A stretch of DNA of 64,000 nt from the NCBI GenBank assembly GCA_017405465.1, contig JAFRAJ010000038.1, forward strand, positions 5,360 through 69,359, read 5' to 3'. This DNA comes from Oscillospiraceae bacterium (GTDB lineage Bacteria > Bacillota > Clostridia > Oscillospirales > Ruminococcaceae). The translations under genes were made by a program, and so were the position numbers. Within the stretch, counting starts at the first letter, position 1; the number at the start of each line of letters is the position of its first letter. This document shows, one piece after another, positions 8,303-18,705 of this stretch. The notes under the pieces are model-generated. The model worked only from the letters and a program-made list of their open reading frames with translations. It did not search any database and was not told the DNA's origin.

Positions 8303-10256
8303 GAAGATCTGTATATTTGCCGGTACGACGGAAGGCAGGAAACTTGCTGAGACCCTTAAGGACAGTGCGGAACTGACTGTATGCGTCGCGACGGAATACG
8401 GAGAAGTGATGCTGGAGGGGATAGAAGGAATAACGGTCCGTACGGGAAGGCTGGACGAGCAGGAGATGGAACAGCTCTTCCGTGAAGGCGGATTCAGCCG
8501 CATCATCGATGCCACGCATCCTTACGCTGATATAGTCACACAGAACATAGCTTCTGCAGCGGAGAAGGCAGGTGTTCCTGTCATCAGGATACTCCGCGGC
8601 GGAGAGAAGCATATTGAGAGCGCAGTTTACGTCTCGTCTGCGGATGAGGCGGCGCAGTATCTTGCAGGACATGACGGAAATATCCTGCTCACTACCGGAG
8701 CGAAAGAACTTGCCTGCTATTCCGGCCTTGATATGTCAAGAGTGTGGGCGAGAGTGCTGCCTTCTGCCTCATCACTTGACGCGTGCCTGCAGGCGGGCGT
8801 GCCGACAGCGCATATCATAGCTGCACAGGGACCTTTCTCCCGTGAGATGAATGCAGCGCAGCTGAGGATGATAGGCGCGGATTATATGGTGACCAAGGCT
8901 TCAGGCAGGAACGGAGGCTTCGACGAGAAGATAGAAGCAGCTGAGGAGACCGGGGCAATCCCGGTGATAATCGGACAGCCGCCGCAGGTCAGAGGTATGA
9001 CCCTCGACGAGGCTGTGACCGAGCTCGGCAGGGAACTGGTCCTGCCGAGAAGAAAAGTCTATGTCGTAGGCATCGGCCCCGGAAGCCACGATCTGCTGAC
9101 AGCAGGAGCGAGGGCAGCGCTCGAGGAATGCGACGCAGTCATCGGCGCGACTTCAGTAGCGGAGATGACCGGGACCAGAAAGCCCGTGTTCAGGGAGTTC
9201 CTCCCTGCAGGGATACGCAGAGTCCTGGACGAGAATCCTTCGCTGCGCAGCTGTACAGTCGTCATGAGAGGCGATACAGGCTTCTTCAGCGGAGCAAAAA
9301 GACTTGCGGAACAGCTTTCAGGTTATGATGTCACAGTGATCCCGGGTATCTCATCGGTATCACTGCTGGCTGCACGTCTGTCAGCCAGCTGGGATGATGC
9401 CGCACTCATCAGCATGCACGGCAGGGATCAGAATATAGCTGTGCTCGCAGGCAGAAACAGAAAGATGTTCGTCCTCTGCGGAGGTGACAATACTCCTGAC
9501 GCGGTTTGCCGGAGACTCTCATGTTACGGTTTCGGTGAGCTGGAGGCAGCAGTGGGAGAGAAGCTCTCATATCCGGAAGAAAAGATAACAAGAGGAAAGG
9601 TGTCTGAACTGGCAGAACTTCAGTTTGATCCTCTTTCCGTGCTATATATCGAGAATCCTGATGCTTCTCAGCGGGTCAGGACAGGAATACCGGACAGTGA
9701 GTTCACACGTTCGGACGTTCCGATGACGAAGTCTGAGGTCAGAGCGGTATCGATATCAAAACTTCAGCTTGACAGCGAGTCTGTCGTCTGGGATGTTGGA
9801 TCCGGAAGCGGATCGGTATCCGTGGAATGCGCTCTTGCGGCATACAACGGGAATGTCTGGGCAGTGGAAAAGGAAGAGGACGCGGCTGAGCTTACAGAGA
9901 AGAATGCCGTTCTTTTCGGAGCGGACAATATTGAGGTCATCCGCGGGACTGCTCCTGAAGCCCTGAAGCAGCTTCCTGCTCCGACGCACGTGTTCATCGG
10001 AGGAAGCGGCGGAGGGCTTGAGCAGATCATCGCCGAATGTCTGGACAAGAATCCCGGTGTCAGAATAGTCGTCAATACGGTAACGATGGAGACGCAGACC
10101 GAAGTGCTCGAATGCGTCAGGAAGTTCGGCTTCGATATCTTCGAAGCGGTGTCCGTCAACATATCGCGTTCAAGGAAAGTCGGGAGATACAATATGATGA
10201 ACGCTCAGAACCCCGTATTCGTTTTTACGATGCAGAAAGGCAGAAAAGATGACTGA
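8295..10256 (+). CDS. Triple fusion of cobalt-precorrin-6A reductase (CbiJ, aa 1-~250), C5-methyltransferase (CbiE, ~253-460) and C15-methyltransferase/decarboxylase (CbiT, ~463-653)
   Basis: N-terminus ICIFAGTTEGRKLA and DATHPYA (CbiJ). KVYVVGIGPGSHDLLT methylase (CbiE). VPMTKSEVRAVSISKL..VWDVGSGSGSVSVE SAM-binding motif (CbiT). Confidence 0.85.
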   Translation: MSEKICIFAGTTEGRKLAETLKDSAELTVCVATEYGEVMLEGIEGITVRTGRLDEQEMEQLFREGGFSRIIDATHPYADIVTQNIASAAEKAGVPVIRILRGGEKHIESAVYVSSADEAAQYLAGHDGNILLTTGAKELACYSGLDMSRVWARVLPSASSLDACLQAGVPTAHIIAAQGPFSREMNAAQLRMIGADYMVTKASGRNGGFDEKIEAAEETGAIPVIIGQPPQVRGMTLDEAVTELGRELVLPRRKVYVVGIGPGSHDLLTAGARAALEECDAVIGATSVAEMTGTRKPVFREFLPAGIRRVLDENPSLRSCTVVMRGDTGFFSGAKRLAEQLSGYDVTVIPGISSVSLLAARLSASWDDAALISMHGRDQNIAVLAGRNRKMFVLCGGDNTPDAVCRRLSCYGFGELEAAVGEKLSYPEEKITRGKVSELAELQFDPLSVLYIENPDASQRVRTGIPDSEFTRSDVPMTKSEVRAVSISKLQLDSESVVWDVGSGSGSVSVECALAAYNGNVWAVEKEEDAAELTEKNAVLFGADNIEVIRGTAPEALKQLPAPTHVFIGGSGGGLEQIIAECLDKNPGVRIVVNTVTMETQTEVLECVRKFGFDIFEAVSVNISRSRKVGRYNMMNAQNPVFVFTMQKGRKDD

Positions 10257-11226
10257 ACGCTTTTTGATACAGACTGCAGCCATCCTTACAGGATTCGTGC
10301 TGGACTGGTTCATCGGAGACCCCTATTCTCTGCCTCACCCGATAGTGGCTATAGGAAAGCTGATCGCGTTTCTTGACCGCAAGCTGCGCCGCGGAGGCGA
10401 CGATAAGAGGGACATACTGCGCGGAGCCCTGACAGCAGTTATTGTCGTAACAGTCTCTACGGGCTTTCCTGCTCTTGTGCTGGAACTCATGTGGAGGGTC
10501 CATCCGGCTGCGTTCTTCGTGGTAAACAGCATCATGTGTTTCCAGATGCTTGCCGCAAGACAGCTGGTGATAGAAGCGGAGAAGGTTCGCGCTGCCCTTG
10601 GATCCGGTGATGTCGAAAAGGCGAGGACTGCTGTATCGTTTATCGTAGGACGCGATACGGATGTCCTTGATGACAAGGGAATATGCCGTGCTGCAGTCGA
10701 GACTGTCGCGGAGAACGGATCCGACGGTGTGATAGCTCCGCTGTTCTGGATGTTCCTCTTCGGAGCTGCCGGCGGATTTTTCTACAAATCGATCAATACC
10801 ATGGATTCCATGCTGGGATACAAGAACGAGAAGTATCTGTATTTCGGAAGAGTGCCTGCCAGGACGGATGACGTCGTGAACTACATTCCTGCAAGGCTCT
10901 CTGCTCTGCTGATGATAGCAGCATGTCCGTTCCTTCATCTGGATACGAAGAACGCATGGAAGATATTCCTGCGTGACAGGTACAAACATGCGAGCCCAAA
11001 CTCTGCCCAGACCGAATCGGTGTGTGCAGGAGCTCTCGATATAAGGCTTGCCGGCGACGCGGTCTACGGCGGTATCGTCAAGAAGAAGGAATACATCGGA
11101 GATCCCATCAGGGAGATCGAACCCTACGATATAAAAAGAGCGGGTGACCAGATGTATCTGGCCTCCGCGTTCATGCTGATCATAGGCATTCTTATCAGGA
11201 TCGGAGTTTATTTCCTATGTACATAA
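10249..11226 (+). CDS. cbiB: Adenosylcobinamide-phosphate synthase (CobD/CbiB family membrane protein)
   Basis: 325 aa membrane protein with DWFIGDP..LPHPV-like N-terminus and SPNSAQTES motif. Confidence 0.9.
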   Translation: MTERFLIQTAAILTGFVLDWFIGDPYSLPHPIVAIGKLIAFLDRKLRRGGDDKRDILRGALTAVIVVTVSTGFPALVLELMWRVHPAAFFVVNSIMCFQMLAARQLVIEAEKVRAALGSGDVEKARTAVSFIVGRDTDVLDDKGICRAAVETVAENGSDGVIAPLFWMFLFGAAGGFFYKSINTMDSMLGYKNEKYLYFGRVPARTDDVVNYIPARLSALLMIAACPFLHLDTKNAWKIFLRDRYKHASPNSAQTESVCAGALDIRLAGDAVYGGIVKKKEYIGDPIREIEPYDIKRAGDQMYLASAFMLIIGILIRIGVYFLCT

Positions 11227-12275
11227 AGCAGAAGAATCCTCACGGCGGGGATATATACTTCCGCGACATAGTCCTGGATATCTCATCCAACATCAATCCC
11301 GCAGGCATGCCGGAAAAGGTAAAGCAGGCGATAAGGGATGCCGCTGATGACTGCGAGAGGTATCCTGATGCATACTGCAGGCAGCTCAGGAAAAGCATCT
11401 CGGCAGCGGAAGAGGTTCCAGAAGACTGCATCATCTGCGGGAACGGGGCTGCTGAGATGATATATGCCTACGCATACTCTCTCGGAACAGAACGCCCGGC
11501 GCTGATCGTCTCGCCGACGTTCAGCGACTATCAGGAGGCACTGGAATCTGCCGGCGTCGAAACGGAGCATTATCTGCTCAGAAAAGAAGACGGACTGCGG
11601 CTCACCGATGACATACTTGAGAGAGATCTGTGCTCCTACAGCGCTGTATTCATATGTACCCCTAACAACCCGACAGGTATAGCGGTGGAACCGGAGCTGC
11701 TGAGGCGGATAGCAGATACAGGTGCCCGTCTGTTCATTGACATGTGTTTCCTGGATCTTACAGATCAGCCGGACAGATACAGCATACCGGATCTTCTTGT
11801 GCAGTATCCCGGGGTAACTGTTCTAAGAGCCTTTACCAAGAGCTATGCGATGGCAGGAGTGAGGCTTGGATACGCGATGAGTTCCGACAGTGAGCTGCTG
11901 GAAAGGATGTCTTCAAAGACACAGTGCTGGAACGTTTCATCCATCGCTCAGCAGGCAGGAATAGCTGCTCTGGAGTGCGCTGACTGGCTAAAAGAGTCAG
12001 TCAGGGAGATCAGCAGAGAGAGGAAACGCCTTACAGAAGAACTGCAGTCTTTGGGCGTTGAAGTCTGGCCTGGAGAAGCTAATTATCTCCTGCTCAGGAC
12101 GGACATCGATCTGTATGAAGAGATGCTCAGTCGAAGGATACTCGTACGCGACTGCTCCAACTACAGAGTTCTCGATAAAGGATATTACCGCATCGCTGTG
12201 CGGGCTGAGGAAGAGAACGATCTTTTCCTGAATACTATAAGGGAGGTCTTGAAATGGGCAAGGCAAAACCGTTGA
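11217..12275 (+). CDS. cobD: Threonine-phosphate decarboxylase (class I/II aminotransferase fold)
   Basis: HGGD..N-terminus, [23 protein letters not shown]-lysine motif. Located between cbiB and cobQ. Confidence 0.85.
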   Translation: MYIKQKNPHGGDIYFRDIVLDISSNINPAGMPEKVKQAIRDAADDCERYPDAYCRQLRKSISAAEEVPEDCIICGNGAAEMIYAYAYSLGTERPALIVSPTFSDYQEALESAGVETEHYLLRKEDGLRLTDDILERDLCSYSAVFICTPNNPTGIAVEPELLRRIADTGARLFIDMCFLDLTDQPDRYSIPDLLVQYPGVTVLRAFTKSYAMAGVRLGYAMSSDSELLERMSSKTQCWNVSSIAQQAGIAALECADWLKESVREISRERKRLTEELQSLGVEVWPGEANYLLLRTDIDLYEEMLSRRILVRDCSNYRVLDKGYYRIAVRAEEENDLFLNTIREVLKWARQNR

Positions 12276-13711
12276 TGATACAGGGCACGATGTCCAATGC
12301 CGGAAAGAGCCTGCTGTGCGCAGCGCTCTGCCGGATCTTTCTGCAGGACGGATATAAGGTAGCCCCGTTCAAATCACAGAACATGGCCCTCAATTCCTTC
12401 ATCACCGACGAGGGACTTGAGATGGGAAGAGCTCAGGTCGTGCAGGCGGAAGCTGCAGGAATAAAGCCATCAGTGCTTATGAATCCCATACTCCTCAAGC
12501 CTACGACCGACGTCGGTTCTCAGGTCATAGTCAACGGAGAAGTGCTGGGCAATATGCCGGCTTCCGATTATTTCAAATACAAGAAGAAACTCGTGCCTGA
12601 CATAATGAAGGCATACAATACACTTGCAGACGAATATGACATCATCGTGATAGAAGGTGCCGGCAGTCCTGCAGAGATAAATCTCAAGAGCGACGATATC
12701 GTGAACATGGGCATGGCCAAGATGGTGAACGCTCCTGTCCTTCTCGTCGGAGATATCGACAGGGGAGGCGTTTTCGCGCAGCTGTACGGGACTGTTGAGC
12801 TTCTTGAACCGGATGAGAGAAAAATGGTAAAGGCGACAGTCATCAACAAATTCCGCGGTGATGTATCGATACTCGATCCCGGTCTTGATATGCTCTATGA
12901 TCTGGTAAAAGTACCATGCGCCGGAGTCGTACCATATGTATATCTTGACATAGATGATGAAGACAGCCTCAGCGAAAGACTGCTGGCAGGCGAGCGCAAG
13001 GAGATAGACATCGCCGTTATCTCGCTGCCTAGGATCTCGAACTTCACTGACTTCTCACCGTTCTCCCGCTTCTCGGGAATATCAGTCCGATATGTAAGAA
13101 AGGTATTTGAACTGGGCTCTCCTGACATGATAATCATCCCAGGCACCAAGTCCACGATCTCTGATCTCAAGTGGCTGCGCCAGACAGGACTGGAAGCAGA
13201 GATACTCAAGCAGGCGTCCCGCGGAACACCGGTATTCGGAATATGCGGAGGCCTGCAGATGCTCGGAAAGAGCATCTCCGACCCGTACGGGACAGAAGGC
13301 GGCGGGGATATTGCCGGAATGGGACTGCTTGACATCGATACTGTTTTCGCGCAGACCAAGACGCGCACCCAGACAGAAGGAACATTCGAAGAGATCGGAG
13401 GTATTTTCTCCGGACTTAACGGACTGCGCTACAGAGGATATGAGATCCATATGGGACAGAGCGGCGACAGCTCCGCCGTGCTCAGGAACGGAAATGTCTA
13501 CGGGAGCTATATACACGGCATCTTCGATGAGAACGGCATAGCGGAAGCGATAGCCAGAGCTCTGTATGAAGCAAGAGGACTGGAATTCGATTCAGAGAGC
13601 GTCTTCGATCTGCATGCCTACAAGGAATCGCAGTACGACCAGCTCGCCGATACTGTCAGGAAGGCGCTCGATATGGATCTCGTCTATAAGATCCTGGAGG
13701 AAGGGGTATGA
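12254..13711 (+). CDS. cobQ: Cobyric acid synthase
   Basis: [13 protein letters not shown]-loop, [12 protein letters not shown], and a C-terminal GATase ([16 protein letters not shown]). Confidence 0.9.
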   Translation: MGKAKPLMIQGTMSNAGKSLLCAALCRIFLQDGYKVAPFKSQNMALNSFITDEGLEMGRAQVVQAEAAGIKPSVLMNPILLKPTTDVGSQVIVNGEVLGNMPASDYFKYKKKLVPDIMKAYNTLADEYDIIVIEGAGSPAEINLKSDDIVNMGMAKMVNAPVLLVGDIDRGGVFAQLYGTVELLEPDERKMVKATVINKFRGDVSILDPGLDMLYDLVKVPCAGVVPYVYLDIDDEDSLSERLLAGERKEIDIAVISLPRISNFTDFSPFSRFSGISVRYVRKVFELGSPDMIIIPGTKSTISDLKWLRQTGLEAEILKQASRGTPVFGICGGLQMLGKSISDPYGTEGGGDIAGMGLLDIDTVFAQTKTRTQTEGTFEEIGGIFSGLNGLRYRGYEIHMGQSGDSSAVLRNGNVYGSYIHGIFDENGIAEAIARALYEARGLEFDSESVFDLHAYKESQYDQLADTVRKALDMDLVYKILEEGV

Positions 13712-14217
13712 TACATCTCTATCACGGACACGGAAAAGGAAAGACCACAGCGGCTGTAGGCCTGGCAGTCAGGGCTGCCGGAGCAGGAATGCACGTGCTT
13801 TTCGTGCAGTTCTTCAAAAACGGAAGCTCTTCTGAAGTGAAGATACTCTCATCACTGCCGGGCGTGGATGTACTGATACCGGAAGTCTGGCACGGAAGAT
13901 ACAAAAAAATGTCAGAAGAGCAACAGGAAGAGACTAAGAAGTGTTACACTGAACTCATGCGTGTTGTAGCTGACCGCGCGGACGGATACGGCCTTATAGT
14001 TCTGGACGAATCTGTATCGGCATACAATTACGGAATGTTCGACCGTGAGAGCTTCCTCGAAATGCTCAGATCCTGGAAGAATGTCAGGGAAGCAGTACTG
14101 ACCGGACGCGACCCTGCTCCGGAGCTCAGGGAGATCGCCGATTACGTGACGGAGATGAAGAAGGAAAAGCATCCTTTTGATCTTGGCGTCAACGCGCGCA
14201 AAGGAATCGAATTCTAG
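13708..14217 (+). CDS. cobO: Cob(I)yrinic acid a,c-diamide adenosyltransferase (CobA/CobO/BtuR family)
   Basis: [23 protein letters not shown]-loop, VQFFK and LDE motifs. Confidence 0.85.
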   Translation: MIHLYHGHGKGKTTAAVGLAVRAAGAGMHVLFVQFFKNGSSSEVKILSSLPGVDVLIPEVWHGRYKKMSEEQQEETKKCYTELMRVVADRADGYGLIVLDESVSAYNYGMFDRESFLEMLRSWKNVREAVLTGRDPAPELREIADYVTEMKKEKHPFDLGVNARKGIEF

Positions 14218-14229
14218 AGAGGACCTGTA

Positions 14230-15348
14230 ATGGATTATTCAGAGAAGCGTCTCAAGGACATCATTAACGGGGTGTCCGGCCCTGACGAAGCTGCTATGGA
14301 GGCGGCAAAGGAACTGCAGTCTAGACTGGCAAAGCCTCCGGGAAGTCTCGGGATGCTGGAAGAACTGTCGATAAAACTCGCAGGAATGACCGGTATTGTC
14401 AAGAATGATCTCAATGAAAGATATCTCCTTGTGTTCTGCGCTGATAACGGAGTGGTCAAACAGGGCGTTGCAAGTTCTCCTCAGTCGGTGACGCTTGCTC
14501 AGACGATCAATCTGACGAAAGGAAAGACAGGGGCTGCCGTTCTGGCAAAACGCTTTGGCGTCAGGATGAGAGTGTGTGATGTCGGAGTGAACGCAGTGAT
14601 AAGAGATCCTGATGTGATCAGCAGAAAGATCGCGTTCGGAACAGGCGATATCTCGGAAGGACCTGCTATGACGCGTGAGCAGGCTGTGAGAGCCATATTG
14701 ACAGGCGCCGATCTGGCAATAGAGACTGCCGAGAACGGAGCTCAGGTGCTCGGGATCGGCGAGATGGGGGTCGGAAATACGACTACGTCTTCTTCGGTCC
14801 TTGCGGTCCTGACGGGACTGGACATAAGAAAGCTCACCGGCCGCGGTGCAGGACTGACCGATGAGGCCTATGAAAAGAAGATAGATGTGATCAGAAGAGC
14901 CATCTCCGTGAACCGGCCTGATCCTGACGATATCATAGATACAGTCTCCAAGGTAGGAGGCCTCGATATCGCTGCCATGGCAGGCGCGTTCATCGGTGCT
15001 GCTTATAAAAGAGTCCCTGTAGTGATAGACGGATTCATTTCCATAGTTGCTGCGCTGTGTGCTTACAGACTTTGTCCTGAAGCGGTGAATTATATGATCG
15101 CGTCGCATGCTTCATACGAGATAGGATACATGGCGGCAGCGGATGAATTGGGACTGAGGCCTTTGTTTGACCTCGGCATGAGACTCGGAGAAGGAAGCGG
15201 ATGCCCGATCGCGATGATGATGCTGGACGCGGCGTGCGATATCATTAACCACATGGCAACATTCGAACAGGCTGAGATCGACGATTCTTATCTTGATGAG
15301 ATCAGGGACATCGATGCTTTCGGAATAAAGGAAGAAACACAGATATGA
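14230..15348 (+). CDS. cobT: Nicotinate-nucleotide--base phosphoribosyltransferase (lower-ligand activation)
   Basis: LAKPPGSLGMLEEL, GEMGVGNTTTSS and MRLGEGSG motifs typical of CobT. Confidence 0.9.
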   Translation: MDYSEKRLKDIINGVSGPDEAAMEAAKELQSRLAKPPGSLGMLEELSIKLAGMTGIVKNDLNERYLLVFCADNGVVKQGVASSPQSVTLAQTINLTKGKTGAAVLAKRFGVRMRVCDVGVNAVIRDPDVISRKIAFGTGDISEGPAMTREQAVRAILTGADLAIETAENGAQVLGIGEMGVGNTTTSSSVLAVLTGLDIRKLTGRGAGLTDEAYEKKIDVIRRAISVNRPDPDDIIDTVSKVGGLDIAAMAGAFIGAAYKRVPVVIDGFISIVAALCAYRLCPEAVNYMIASHASYEIGYMAAADELGLRPLFDLGMRLGEGSGCPIAMMMLDAACDIINHMATFEQAEIDDSYLDEIRDIDAFGIKEETQI

Positions 15349-15887
15349 CTATTTTGCTATCAGGCGGGAACAAGAACGGCAAATCCGGATATGGACAGGA
15401 TTTCGCCGTCAAGCTGGCTGCAGGCGGTAAGCTTTACTATGTAGCCACCATGATCCCGTATGACGATGAAGACCGAGCCAGAGTCGCCCGCCACATCGAG
15501 AACAGGGCTGGAATGGGTTTCGAGACCATAGAGGCCGGAAGGAATATACAGAATGTCTTCGAGACTGCTGATGAGAACGGAACTTTCCTCATTGACAGCA
15601 CTACAGCTCTTCTGCTGAATGAGATGTATCCGGATTCGCATTTTGAGGAAGCAGACAGTGAAGCGGCCGCGCGCTGCATCAGCGGACTTCTCGAGATCGC
15701 CCGCAGAGCTGGAAATGCGATCTTCGTATCCGACTATATATATTCCGATGCTGCAAGATATGACGAGTTCACAGAGACATACCGCAGTTCTCTGGCATCT
15801 ATAGACCGGGCACTGGCACAGGAATGCGACACTGTCATAGAGGTCTGTGCCGGAAATCTGATCGTTCATAAAGGAAGATTGCCATGA
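15345..15887 (+). CDS. cobU: Adenosylcobinamide kinase / adenosylcobinamide-phosphate guanylyltransferase (divergent CobU)
   Basis: P-loop GGNKNGKS, YYVAT, RVARHIENR (candidate guanylyl-His region), and a C-terminal IFVSDYI...VCAG block aligning with the CobU C-terminus. Confidence 0.75.
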   Translation: MTILLSGGNKNGKSGYGQDFAVKLAAGGKLYYVATMIPYDDEDRARVARHIENRAGMGFETIEAGRNIQNVFETADENGTFLIDSTTALLLNEMYPDSHFEEADSEAAARCISGLLEIARRAGNAIFVSDYIYSDAARYDEFTETYRSSLASIDRALAQECDTVIEVCAGNLIVHKGRLP

Positions 15888-16633
15888 AGAAGTATTTCCG
15901 CGCTTTCATGATGAGCATGACCATGTTCTGTACGATACCTATACCTTTCCACATGTGGAATGAGGAGAGCAGGCCGCTTATGACCCTGTTCCTTCCGTTC
16001 GTCGGAACAGTGATTGGCGCGCTGTGGACACTGGCCGCATATGTTCTCAGAATTCTCGGCATACCTGTGATCCTCAGGGCAGCGCTGCTGTGCGCATACC
16101 CGATCATCATCACAGGCGGGATGCATATGGACGGATTCCTGGATGTCACAGATGCAGTGAGATCCTGGAGAGATGTAGAAGAGAGAAAAAGAATACTCAA
16201 GGATCCTCACGTCGGTTCCTTCGCAGTCATCGATACGGTGCTTCTTGTGATGACGCAGTTTGCTGCGTTCTGCTGTCTGAAAGACACTGAAAACATCTTT
16301 GCGCTGATACTGATACCCACCATCTCGAGGTGTATTGCAGCCTTCTGTGTCACTGCGCTGCGGCCTTTATCTACAAGCGAATATTCAGGAGACTACAGAA
16401 AAAGGATCAAAAAGTCGCATCTCGTATTTCTGATCGTAGTTACGGCACTGGCCGGTGTGCTCGGATTTGTTTTTCTCGGCAAATACGGTTATACAGCAGT
16501 CGCTGTCGCTGCAGGGTATCTGCTGTACATGTTCAGAGGATACCGTTCACTTGGAGGTATGTCGGGTGATATCTCCGGATACGCCCTGACATTCGGTGAA
16601 CTGTGCGGCATCATTGCATTCGTTCTGATCTGA
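15884..16633 (+). CDS. cobS: Adenosylcobinamide-GDP ribazoletransferase (cobalamin-5'-phosphate synthase)
   Basis: 249 aa polytopic membrane protein with GGMHMDGFLD and GGMSGD motifs. Confidence 0.9.
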   Translation: MKKYFRAFMMSMTMFCTIPIPFHMWNEESRPLMTLFLPFVGTVIGALWTLAAYVLRILGIPVILRAALLCAYPIIITGGMHMDGFLDVTDAVRSWRDVEERKRILKDPHVGSFAVIDTVLLVMTQFAAFCCLKDTENIFALILIPTISRCIAAFCVTALRPLSTSEYSGDYRKRIKKSHLVFLIVVTALAGVLGFVFLGKYGYTAVAVAAGYLLYMFRGYRSLGGMSGDISGYALTFGELCGIIAFVLI

Positions 16634-16645
16634 AGGGAGATAAAA

Positions 16646-17023
16646 ATGGATCTTATTATAGGCGGAGCATATCAGGGAAAACTTGAATATGCCAAAACTA
16701 AATATGACCTTAAAGAAAGTGACATCTTCACCTGTTCAGAGAGTGAAGGTATCAGATTCGGTGTCCGCTGCCTGGATAAGGCCGGAGAATTCGCGCTCTG
16801 GTGCGTACGAAACGGAAAGGATGCCGTTGAGTTCCTGCAGCAGCATAAAGAAGAATGGAAGGACAGCATCTTCATCTGTGAGGATATCTTCTGCGGAGTT
16901 GTCCCTCTCGGAGCCGATATGCGCGCCTGGAGAGAGATGTCGGGAAGGATGTGCTCTTATCTCTCATCTGAAGCTGAAAGCGTTACCAGGATCTTCTGCG
17001 GATTGCCGCAGGTAATTAAATGA
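16646..17023 (+). CDS. Truncated CobU-like protein with degenerate P-loop (function unknown)
   Basis: 125 aa. IIGGAYQGKL aligns with the CobU P-loop but lacks the S/T. C-terminal IFICEDIFCGVVPLGADMRAWREMSGR...IFCGLP aligns with the CobU C-terminal block. The central guanylyl-His region is missing. Confidence 0.6.
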   Translation: MDLIIGGAYQGKLEYAKTKYDLKESDIFTCSESEGIRFGVRCLDKAGEFALWCVRNGKDAVEFLQQHKEEWKDSIFICEDIFCGVVPLGADMRAWREMSGRMCSYLSSEAESVTRIFCGLPQVIK

Positions 17024-17586
17024 GACTGATACTTATAAGACACGGCAGGACGGAAGCGAATGAGAAGCATCTGTACTGCGGCAGCACCGATATAGGACTT
17101 TCCGACAGAGGCAGAACGGAACTTGAAGATATAAAGAAACGCCCGGAGTATCCGGACGTTTCCGGAATGAGGGTCATCACGAGCGGGAAGAAGAGATGTG
17201 AGGAGACGCTGCATCTGCTGTTCGGAGATATTCCGCACGAGACTGATACTGATTTTTGCGAGATGGATTTTGGTATCTTCGAGATGAGATCCTATGAAGA
17301 GATGAAGGATGACCCGGTCTACATAGAATGGATCAGCGGAGACAATGAGTCCAATATTGCTCCGGGAGGCGAGAGCGGCAATATAATGACAGAGAGAGTC
17401 ATCCGCGGGCTGAACCGTCTTCTGGATGACGGGAGAGACGCTCTTGTTGTGACTCACGGTGGAGTGATCGCTGCGGTGATGGCATATCTCTTTTCAGAAG
17501 AGAACAAGAACCGCTACGAATGGCAGCCGTCATATGGAGGCGGGTATGTCATAGACACTTCCGGTCATATATACAATGCATTCTAG
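17020..17586 (+). CDS. cobC: Alpha-ribazole phosphatase (histidine phosphatase family)
   Basis: LILIRHGRTEANE RHG motif and THGGV. Last gene of the cobamide operon. Confidence 0.8.
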   Translation: MRLILIRHGRTEANEKHLYCGSTDIGLSDRGRTELEDIKKRPEYPDVSGMRVITSGKKRCEETLHLLFGDIPHETDTDFCEMDFGIFEMRSYEEMKDDPVYIEWISGDNESNIAPGGESGNIMTERVIRGLNRLLDDGRDALVVTHGGVIAAVMAYLFSEENKNRYEWQPSYGGGYVIDTSGHIYNAF

Positions 17587-17593
17587 GATATAA

Positions 17594-17620
17594 AAAGTGC
17601 CGGTTCCGTAAGGAACCGGC
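17594..17620. terminator. Hairpin between convergent cobC and nagB. The T-run is on the minus strand, so it is mainly the nagB terminator.
   Basis: GCCGGTTCC (17599-17607) GTAA GGAACCGGC (17612-17620), preceded by AAAAA on the plus strand. Confidence 0.65.
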
Positions 17621-17667
17621 ATATCTGTATGTTCTGAGCATTATCGACGCTTTGCGTCAGGTTGTTA

Positions 17668-18459
17668 TTACAATCTTTCGGATTTCTCAATGTCGAGGAA
17701 GTATTTGTATGTGTCGACTGTGAGTTCTCCGCAGGCGGCTTCATCGCAGGCGATGATCGCGCCGTTGTGCATCTGCAGTGCAGAGCAGGTCCATTTCTGG
17801 GATACTCCGCCTTCTACTGTGGCAGCAAGAGCCCTGGCCTTGTTATGACCGTTGATGAGAATGAGGACTTCCTTGGAGTCAGTGACTGTTCCTACACCGA
17901 CTGAAAGAGCCTGAGAAGGAACCTTCTCTGGATCGTTTCCGAAGAAACGGGAGTTGACGATCCTGGTATCTGTAGTCAGGTTCCTGACACCTGTCCTGGA
18001 GCTGAGCGAAGTGTAGGGCTCGTTGAATGCGACATGTCCGTCTACTCCGATGCCGCCCATGAAGAGATCGATCCCGCCGTAGGAAGCGATCTTCTCTTCG
18101 TATCTGGCGCATTCGCCTTCCGGATCATCTGTCATGCCGTTCAAGATGTTGATGTTCTCGGGCTTCATGTCGACGAGATGGTCGAAGAAGTTGTCATGCA
18201 TGAAATACCAGTAGCTCTGGTCATGCTCATGAGGAAGACCGAGATACTCGTCCATGTTGAAAGTGACGACATTGGCAAAGGAGAGTTCTCCTGCCTGGTT
18301 CATCCTGACGAGTTCCTTGTAGACGCCGATGGGGGAGGAGCCTGTGGGAAGACCGAGCACGAATGGTCTTTCTTCCTTGTGGTTCCTTATCTTTGCTGCG
18401 ATATAATCAGCAGCCCATTTGCACATCTTGTCATAGTTTTCCTGAATTACGACTCTCAT
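17668..18459 (-). CDS. nagB: Glucosamine-6-phosphate deaminase
   Basis: Start chosen at [10 protein letters not shown] (ATG complement at 18457-18459) with AGGAGG 7 nt upstream. LGLPTGSSP and [13 protein letters not shown] motifs. Confidence 0.9.
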   Translation of the reverse strand: MRVVIQENYDKMCKWAADYIAAKIRNHKEERPFVLGLPTGSSPIGVYKELVRMNQAGELSFANVVTFNMDEYLGLPHEHDQSYWYFMHDNFFDHLVDMKPENINILNGMTDDPEGECARYEEKIASYGGIDLFMGGIGVDGHVAFNEPYTSLSSRTGVRNLTTDTRIVNSRFFGNDPEKVPSQALSVGVGTVTDSKEVLILINGHNKARALAATVEGGVSQKWTCSALQMHNGAIIACDEAACGELTVDTYKYFLDIEKSERL

Positions 18460-18705
18460 GTAAAACCTCCTGAGGTCAATATAAAAATCAAACACGAAAG
18501 ATATTTTACTACATCTATATCTCACTGCAATTCGCAGATTTCACAAACGTTGCAATGCGTGAAAAACAGGATTTCGTTATTATAACGTGAACGTCCTGAT
18601 GTCAGAAAAAAGCAGCGGCATCCTTAGGTCAATGAGATATTGGGCACACGTTCGATGCAGTATTGTTGTATAATTCATATTAACGAAAAACAAGGAGACA
18701 GCATC

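Noticed and set aside
14239-15108. 289-aa minus-strand ORF opposite cobT
   Set aside because: It is embedded antisense in cobT, whose motifs are unambiguous. Its composition is Arg/Ser/His-rich, as expected for an antisense frame.
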